The notes below the pieces were generated by a model. It saw only the letters and a program-made list of their open reading frames with translations. It was not told where the DNA came from and made no database searches. This document shows, piece by piece, positions 53,786-64,000 of a DNA stretch of 64,000 nucleotides. The stretch's first letter is position 1. Every line of letters starts with the position of its first letter. The DNA lies in assembly GCF_036365525.1 (NCBI RefSeq), contig NW_027142006.1, forward strand, positions 10,354,001 to 10,418,000, given 5' to 3'. This stretch comes from Heterodontus francisci (lineage: Eukaryota). The position numbers and the translations under genes are program-made.

Positions 53786-54890
53786 AGAGAGGATCTGGAT
53801 CGGCGCAGGCTTGGAGGGCCGAAGGGCCTGTTCCTGTGCTGTAATTATCTTTGTTCTTTGTTCTTGTTCTTTGACTCCCACAGTTACCTTGACTACACTT
53901 TCTCACACCCTGCTTCCTGTAAGGACTCCATTCCATTCTCCCAGTTTCTCCATCTCTGACACATCATTTCTGATGATGCAACCTTCGACAACAGCAGTTC
54001 TGATATGTCTTCCTTTTTCCTCAACCGAGGATTCCCCCACACTGTGGTTGACAGGGCCCTCAACCGTGTCTGACCTATTTCCTGCACTTCTGCCCTCATC
54101 CCATCCCCTCCCTCCCAGAACTGCAACCAAATTCCACCCGACCTGCCTGCACATCCAAAGGATCATCCTCCACTATTTCTGCCACCTCCAGCATGATGCC
54201 ATTACGAAACACATCTTCCCCTCCACTGCCCTGTCAGCATTCCCCTTCCCATGGCCTCTTCCCATATAATCGCAGGAGGCATAGATCCTGCCCTTTTACC
54301 TCCTCTCTCCTCACCATCCAAGGCCCCAAGCACTCCTTCCAGTGAAGCAGCGATTTACTTGTACTTCTTTCAATTTTGTCTTCTGTGTTCGCTGCTCACA
54401 ATGCGGCACCTCTACATTGGGGAGACCAAACGTAGATTGGGTGACTGCTTTGCGGAACATCTCCGGACAATCTGCAAGCATGAACCCAAGCTTCCGTTTG
54501 CTTGCCACTTCACTTCACCACACTGTTCTCATGCCCACATTTCTGTCCTCGGCCTGCTGCAGTGTTCCAGTAAAGCAAGCTCCAGGAACAGAACCTCATT
54601 TTCTGATTAGACACTCAACAGCCTCCCGGACTGAACATTGAGTAAAATAATTTCAGAGCATGGCTGGATCTTTTTTATTATTTTATTTTATTTTGATTGA
54701 TAATTTTTTGTTACCATGTTCCTGCCTTAATCTTGGTTTTTCAAGTTTGTGCTTTTGGAGCGAGCTGTTCATTATTCTGTCATTAACACTGTCTGTACAC
54801 TAATGTTTTGTCCTTCACTGCACCATTAGCACTCTCCCTTTGTCTTTGCCGCATGACCTGCTTGTCAGTAATTCTCTCCTGCCCTAACAC

Positions 54891-55470
54891 TTTTTTTAAA
54901 ATTCCAAAATATATTTTATTCATAAAAATCTGTAAAATATACATTACAAAAATACAAACAATGCAAAGGAGATCAGTTTCCTTCAATACTGGAGTGAGTT
55001 GCCTCACCACCCTTCCATTTCATTTTACATTTTTTCGCAAACAAAAATTTTCCAGATTCAGTTCAAGGGGTTTTCCATGGATCCAGCCCCTCCGTTCATC
55101 TTGTTGGGGGGACCTTACACATTGGTCTTTCCCCATTGAGCCTTTGCTGCGGCTGCCCCAAGCTTTAGTGCGTTCCTCAGCACGTCGTACTGGACCTTGG
55201 AATGTGCCAGTCTGCAACATTCGGTGGTGGACAACTCTTTGCGCTGGAAGACCAGCAAGTTTTGTGCAGACCAAAGGGCGTCTTTCACCAAATTGATAGT
55301 CTTCCAGCAGCAGTTGATGTTTGTCTCGGTGCGCGTCTCTGGGAACAGCCCGTAGAGCACAGACTCTTGCGTTACAGAGCTGCTTGGGATGAATCTCAAC
55401 AAAATCCACTGCATCTCTTTCCACACCTGCTTTGCAAAGACACATTCCAGGAGGAGGTGGGCAACTGTCT
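54891..55470 (-). mobile_element. Tx1 3' fragment inserted in the Penelope remnant
   Basis: ETVAHLLLEC...AQWGKTNV plus tail; ~16-bp imperfect TSD (54875-54890 / 55468-55483); empty site at ~13934. Confidence 0.9.
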
Positions 55471-58397
55471 CCTGCCTGAACACACACCTTCCCTTTTGTT
55501 CTCTTCCCCACCTCCACATATCCTCCCCACCCCTCCACCATCCCCACTTCACTTACTTAAAACCTATTACATTGAGTGTGGGACAAATTCCATCAATCTT
55601 TTGTACTGTATGAGATTAATTTTGTCACACTTTCTGGTACATTATATGACAGCAAATTTAATTCTAAATCTATCTCTGTTGTCCTGTATCTGAGTGTGAG
55701 ATTATTTGAGTGTCAGTCTATGGAACTAAATGTGATTGTGTGATTCATTCTGTATGTCAATCATGAGTATTGTATGTGAATGTGTGGCAGCTTCTGTATT
55801 TATCTGCTACTGTGGGTGAATGTGGATATCATTCTGTATCTGTCAGTGTCTGGAACTAAATTTAAGTGTGAGATTCATTCTGTATGCACCAGTCTTACAG
55901 TCAGAATGTGATTGTTTGATTCATTCTCAATGTGTAAGTCTAAGGTATTATGTATGTGTGTGGTTTTAATTAAGTGTCTGTCACTTTATGTGAGCTTGGG
56001 TCTCATTGTATATTTGTCAGTCTCTGGTTCTTTCTGTGAGAGTGAGATTAATTCTCTATCTGCTGGTCTCTGAAATTCATTGATTTTGTGACTCACTCTG
56101 TGTCTGTCAATCTATGATACTGTGAGTAAGTGGGGGATATATATGGTGTCTGTCTGAACTTGGTATTGAGTATGATCGTAGGATTCATTGTGTATTGGTC
56201 AATATCCAGACTGAATGTGAAATAAGATGCATTCTGTCCATGAAAATCTCTGCTATTCTATGCAAGTGACCTCTGTCAGTCTTTGACACTGTTTTATTGA
56301 ATGTGTAAGATACTGATTGTTTTATTGATTTAATACCTTTCAGGTTTTGGTACTATGTATGGGTGTGGTTCAAGTTCTGCATGTCAGTCTCCGATGTGAG
56401 TATTGATATCATTTATGTATCTGTCAGTCTCTTGCAATGAATGCAAGTGTGGGATTAATTCTCTTTTCAACAGTATCTGGTACTCACTGTGAGCATGTGA
56501 CTCCTACAGTATCTGTCAGTGTCTGCTATTGTATGTGAATGTACAATTCCTCCTATGTCTTTCAGTGCCTAGTACAGTGTGTATGGGAGTAATTCTGTAC
56601 CTGTTAGTATCTGGTACTGAATGAGATTGTGGGATTCATTCTGTTGTCTGTCAATCTCTGCTCGTGTATGTGAGTGATATCTGTTATGCATATATTATTT
56701 TCTGGTACTGGAAGTGAATGTTGGATATATTCTTTAGCTGTTAGTCTCTGGTACAACGTATGAGTGTGGGTCCCATTCAGTATTAGTCAATTTCTGGTAC
56801 AGTCTGCATGTGCACATCCAGAGCTCATTCTGCATTTGGCAGTCTCTGGTACTTAATGTGTGTTGCAATTCACTTTTCATGTGTCTGTTTCTGGGACAGT
56901 CAGTTAAAGTGGAATTAATTTTGTATCTCTCAGCTACTGGTATTGTCTACAAGTGTGGTACATTCTGTATCTATGAGACTCTGGTGCAGGATTCCTCTGT
57001 ACCGGTACTTAATATGTATCTCAGGGATGGTATTGAGAACTATTAGTTTAACGCCATAATGTATCACAATTTGCCTCATTTTAACTGTGTGTTTTATTGA
57101 GTTGTGGTGTGAGAGTTTATGAAACATAGGAGCAGGACACCCAGCATGCTCTGCCATTCAATAGGATCAGGACTGATCATCCACTTCAATGCCTTTTTCC
57201 CACACTATCCTCATATCCCCTTATGTCATTTGTATTTACAAATCTGTCAATCTCTGCTTTAAACATACTCAATGACTGAGCTTCCACAGTTCTCTGGGGT
57301 AGAGAATTCCTAATGTTTAACAACCCTCTGAGTAAAGAAATTTCTCCTCATCTCTGTTTGTTTTGGACTAGTATTTAGTCTGTAACTCTGAACACATTTG
57401 TGAATGATGACATATATTTCAAACTCACAAATGGTGTGCTCAGTCTAATCAGAATCATTGAATTGATACTCTATCTTTCATTACAGCTCTTACAGAGATT
57501 ATTGGATGGGTATGTAATGTGTAGTGCAGTCTGCACTAATTGGCATAATACTGTAACTTACCTTTTGATACTGTATGAGATGTTTGTACTACATTGCAAT
57601 CTGTCTCTCAGTCTGCACTCTGGTCTACATTCTTAGGATTCATTCTGTACCTTTCCATCAGCTGCTCTACCGCATATTTAATTTGTAGCTTTGGCTGCAC
57701 TTTTGTGAGATTGATCCGGTGCCTTTCAATCTGATAGTGCATGTGATTTTGAACTGAGATCAATGGACCTACCTTTCAGCAGTACTGAGTTGGGGTGAAT
57801 TGGAAACAACTTCTGCCTCTCCTGCATTGTTTGATTGTCTGCTGGGAGAGTGGAGTGTGGTGGTGCGTGGGGGGAGGGTTGCGTGGGGAGGGGGGAGCGT
57901 AATGCAGTATCTTACACATTCAATGTCTCTTGATCATCTCTATTGACAACCCCATCTGGCTAATTGAATCAGGGAGCACTCCCACTGTCTTGTTTAGTCT
58001 TTTAGAATGCAAATGTGCAGCCATATTTTCAGCCATTGTTGTGGTCTTTTTAAACAAGGTATTTCAAGTCCATAACAGTTCAAAAAATAATGTTCCATAT
58101 GACAAATTAATATGTCTCGTTTTTGGCAGGTGTGGTTTTCGGCATAACACGAATGTAATATTTCAATTAATAATCATTATGACCAACCACAAAGGATGAT
58201 CAGTAATACAAAGAGCGTCAGTGTCTGATTCCACTGCAGCACTCAGCTTCTGCTAATCAGGTTTTCTTTGGTAGTTTTACAACAAATTAGTGACATCCAG
58301 GAACAACCCAACATCTGCACTGCTCCATGAATGGGAATACCTGCTGGAGCAGGGATGTATGCATAAGTCAGGATTTTATTTCCATCTGGCATTATAA

Positions 58398-61180
58398 CAT
58401 AAGAACATAATAACTAGGAGCAGGATTAGGCCATTCCACCAATTGAGCCTGCTCCACCATTCAATCAGATCATGGCAGATCTAATCATGGCCTCAACTCC
58501 ACTGTCCTGCCTACCCCTATAACCCTTCACTCCCTTGTATATCAAAAGTCAGTCTAACTCAGCCTTAAATATATTCAATGGGTGGAGAATTCCAAAGAAT
58601 AGCAGCCCTTTGAGAGAAGATATTCCTCCTCAACTACATCGAAAATGAGACCCCTTATTTTGAAACTGTTCCCCCGAGTTCTTGATTCCCTCATGAGGGG
58701 AAACATCATCTCAGTAAATACCCTGTCAAGCCCCCTCAGAATCTTATATATTTCAATAGGATTGACTTTCATTCTTCTAAACTCCAATGAGTGCACCACA
58801 ACCAGGTCAACCTTTCCACATAACACAACACCTTCATCCCAGAAATCAACCTAGTGGTAATTGCCTGAACTACCTCCAATGCAAATATATCTCTCCATAA
58901 ATAAGGAGACCAAAACTGCATGCAACACTCAAGGTGTGGGCGACCCAACAACTTGCACATTTCCCCATTGGAATAAAGGCCAACATTCCATTTTCCTTCC
59001 TAATTACTTGCTGTACTTTCATGCTAACATTTTGTGATTCATATACAAGGACCCCCTGATTCTCTGTACCACAGCATTCTGCAGTCTCTCTCAATTTAAA
59101 TAATATTCTGCTTTTCTTTACATCATACCAAAGTGGATAACCTCACATTTTCCTACATTATACTTCATTGCCAAATTTTTGTCCACACACTTAACCTGTC
59201 TTTATCCCTTTGCAAACTCTTTGTGTCCTCCTCACAACTTGCTTTCCCACCTATCTTTGTATCACCAGCAAATTTGGTTACAATACACTCGATCCCTTCA
59301 TCTAAGCCAGTAATTATAGCTTGTAAGTAGTTGAGGCCCCAACACCGATCCCTGTGGCACACCATTAGTTAGTTTGCCAAACTGAAAAATGACCCATTGA
59401 ACCCAATTCCCTGTTTCTTGTTAGTTAGTCAATCCTCTATCCATGCTAATATATTACACCTGAACACCATGAACTCTTATCTTGTGTACCTTTTACATGG
59501 CACTTTATCGAACGCCTTTTAAACTCCAAATAAACAACATCTACTGATATAAAAACAGGAAATGCTGGAAATACTCAGCAGGTCTGGCAGCATCTGTGGA
59601 AAGAGAAGCAGAGTTGATGTTTCGGGTCAGTGACGCTTCTTCGGAACTGGCAAATATTAGAAATGTCAAAGGTTATAAGCAAGTAAAGCGGGGGTGGGGC
59701 AAGAGATAAGAAAGGAGAAGGTGTAGATAGGACAAGGTCACAGAGAATAACTGACCAGAAGGTCATGGAGCAAAGGCAAACAATATGTTAATGATGTGTT
59801 GAAAGACAAAGCATTAGTACAGATTGGGTGTTAACGGACTGAAAATTGAATAGCAGCAAGTACAAACCTGAAAATAAACAGTGGGTAAGCCAATTGAACA
59901 GACTAAGATGAAATAAAATAAACATACAAAAAAATGTAAAAAGAAAAAATAACTAAAAATGAAAGTAAAATGGGGGGCTGTCATGCTCTGAAATTATTGA
60001 ACTCAATGTTCAGTCCGGCAGGCTGTAGTGTGCCTAATTGGTAAATGAGATGCTGTTCCTCGAGTTTCGTTGATGTTCACTGGAACACTGCAGCAATCCC
60101 AGGACAGAGATGTGAGCATGAGAGCAGGGGGGAGTGTTGAAATGGCAAGCAACCGGAAGCTCAGGGTCCTGCTTGCGGATTGAGCGGAGGTGTTCCGCAA
60201 AGCGGTCACCCTGTCTGCGTTTGGTCTCCCCAATGTAGAGGAGACCCCATTGTGAGCAGCAAATACAGTATACTACATTGAAAGAAGTACAAATAAGTTG
60301 CTGCTTAACCTGAAAGGAGTGTTTGGGGCCTGGGATAGTGAGGAGAGAGGAGGTAAATGGGCAGGTATTACAGCTCCTGCGATTGCAGGGGAAGGTGCCA
60401 TGGGATGTGGACGAGGTGGTGGGGGTAATGGAGGAGTGGACCAGGGTGTGGTGGAGGGAAAGATCCCTTCAGAATGCTGACAGGAGAAGGGAGGGGAAGA
60501 TGCGTTTGGTAGTGGCATCATGCTGGAGGTGGCGGAAATGGCGGAGGATGATCCTTTGGATATGGAGGCTGATGGGGTGGAAAGTGAGGACAAGAGGAAC
60601 CCTGTCACGGTTCTGGGAGGAAGGGGAAGGGGTGAGGATAGAGGTGCGGGAAATGGGCCCGACACGGTTGAGGGCCCCGTCAACCACGGTGGGGGAAATC
60701 CTCTGTTGAGGAAAAAGGAAGACATATCAGAAGTGCTGTCATGGAAGGTAGCATCATCAGAGCAGATCACTACATCTACTGGTTCCCCTTCATATACCCT
60801 GCTTGTTACATCCTCAAAAATAATTTTGTCAAATATGATTTCTTTTTCATAAATCCATGTTGACTCTGCATGATTGTACATTAATTTTCTGAATGTTCTG
60901 CTACCACTTACTTAATCATGGATTTCAGCATTTTCCCAATGACAGACATTAGGCTAGCAGGCCTATCATTACCTGCTTTTTGAATAGGGGTTTCACATTT
61001 GCGGTTTTAATATCCACTGGGACTGTTCCAGAATCTCGGGAATTTAAGATTACAACCAATGCATCCACTGTAGCCATTTCTTTTAAACTCCAGGATGCAG
61101 GCCATCAGGTCCAGGGGATCTGTCAGCCTTTAGTCCCAATAGTTTTCCTCATACATTTTTTCTAGCGATAGTGATTGTTT
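58398..61180 (-). mobile_element. Degraded CR1 (paralog of 4438-6158) interrupted by a Penelope-like element
   Basis: KFAGDTKIGG, RPHLECCMQFWSP. Confidence 0.85.
59547..60768 (-). mobile_element. Penelope-like element 3' part
   Basis: GIY-YIG region; TSD ACATCTACTG (59537-59546 / 60772-60781); absent from the left arm. Confidence 0.8.
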
Positions 61181-61675
61181 CAAGTTCTTTCTCTTACTCT
61201 GCACTCACTCTGTTCCGTGAGCAGATTCTCAGTGAGAAGCGGCGCTCAGATCACCGGAGGAAAAAAAGAACAGAATTCAAACTGTCTAAATGAAAAACAG
61301 ACCAGAATTGACCCAGATACTGTCATTATTAAATTAATTAATCAGCGCCAAACCACTTATCATTAATGCACCAGGAGGATCTCCGAATTTATGAAATTGA
61401 AGGTGGCAGCATTTATTAAATTGTTGATGGACACCCTGTAGTTCAGTTCTTCATTTAACTGGGGGTGGGTGGGTACAGGGGGATGTGTGAGGAGAGAAAC
61501 AGAGCGCAATCCAGAGAGGGAACGGAAAACACACCTGGACAGATGTGAAACAGGTCAATCCACTGTTACAATAACTCCATCACTGACTCCCTCCTGACAG
61601 TAACCAGCCCTTTCACAGAGACTGTCGGTGGCTCTGAAAAGAGCCTTTGGGTTATTGGATGACATTTTGGCTGCT

Positions 61676-63133
<1,458 letters not shown>

Positions 63134-63643
63134 TGAGAAAAGCTCGAGTAGACTATGCTAGAATTCCCCAGAATGTAGAAGAATGACAAGTAATCGTACT
63201 GACAAATAAAAATCTTAAGTGGTTTGACACAATAGATACTGGGAGGCTGTTTCCTCTGGCTGGCAAACCCAGAACAAAGGCTCATAGTCTCAGTGTGAAG
63301 GGCTCAGTCATTCAGGACTGAGAAGAGATTTTTTTTCACTCTAATGGTTGTTAATCTTTGGAATTCTCTTCCCCAGAGAGCTGTGGATGCTCAATCATTG
63401 CGTATATTCAAGAGAGAGATTAATAGGTTTTTGGACACTTAGGTGATCAAGGGATCTGTGCTATTGTAGTGGGATGGAGTTGAGGTAGGAAATCAGCCCT
63501 AATCTTATCGAATGGCAGAGCTATTTCGAAGGGCCGAGTGGCCGAATCCTCCTTCTTATGCAAAGTTCCATTCTGGAAGAAATGGGACCTTTAATAACTG
63601 GTTCTTCTCATAATAATGTCGAATGCTTATAGCAATATATTAT

Positions 63644-63957
63644 AGCGGCACAGTGGCGCAGTGGTTAGCACTGCAGCCTCACAGCTGCAGCGACCCCGAT
63701 TCGATTCTGGGTACTACCTGTACGGAGTTTGCAAGTTCTCCCTGCGACCATGTGGATTTTCGCTGGGTGCTCCGGTTTCCACCCACAGCCAAAGACTTGC
63801 AGGTTGATAGGTAAATTGGCCATTATAAATTGCCCCTTGTATAGGTGTGGGGATGTGGTAGGAATATAGGATTAGTATGAATGGGTAGTTGATGGTCATC
63901 ACAGACTCAGTGTGCCGAAGGGCCTGCTTCAGTGCTGTATCTCTTAAATAAATAAAA
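63644..63957 (+). mobile_element. tRNA-derived SINE (HE1-like)
   Basis: A box TGGCGCAGTGG, B-box-like TTCGATTC, CR1-like tail. Confidence 0.85.
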
Positions 63958-64000
63958 GTAGCAGACAGAGCATGAGACCACCCATAAAAAAGCAGTTCTT

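Larger units (their letters stand above)
49862..53872 (+). mobile_element. Young CR1 LINE with near-complete coding region
   Basis: TSD GACT (49858-49861 / 53873-53876); ORF1 + ORF2; (TTTGTTC)n tail. Confidence 0.95.
49545..55560 (+). mobile_element. Penelope-like remnant interrupted by CR1 and Tx1
   Basis: MGPSYACLFV; HLYIGETKRRLGDCFAEHLR (GIY-YIG). Confidence 0.75.

Overview
Vertebrate genomic DNA, most likely a cartilaginous fish (inferred from the HE1-like tRNA SINEs, CR1 LINEs and Penelope-type repeats). It holds a TE-rich replication-dependent histone cluster: 2 H2B, 4 H2A and 2 H4 loci, all with 3' stem-loops; no H3 or H1 was seen. The cluster is organised as a large inverted duplication (~3.3-25.3 kb vs ~32.5-62.1 kb), so filled and empty TE insertion sites can be compared directly. 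The main signal is a Tx1-clade non-LTR retrotransposon family with 8 copies that retain 3' ends. Five of those 3' tails join exactly at the initiation codon / S-G-R-G codons (ATGTCWGGMAGAGG) shared by H2A and H4, always in sense orientation, disrupting 3 H2A and 1 H4 genes. The one full-length copy (33807-40137, minus strand) has a 5' UTR built from a U2 snRNA 5' fragment fused to a U1 snRNA 5' fragment. The rest is CR1 (one copy with an intact 984-aa ORF2), Penelope-like, RTE, L2/CR1-group and Gypsy remnants, SINEs and a degenerate ~45-bp minisatellite. All calls were made by eye with no database searches; repeat boundaries are approximate.
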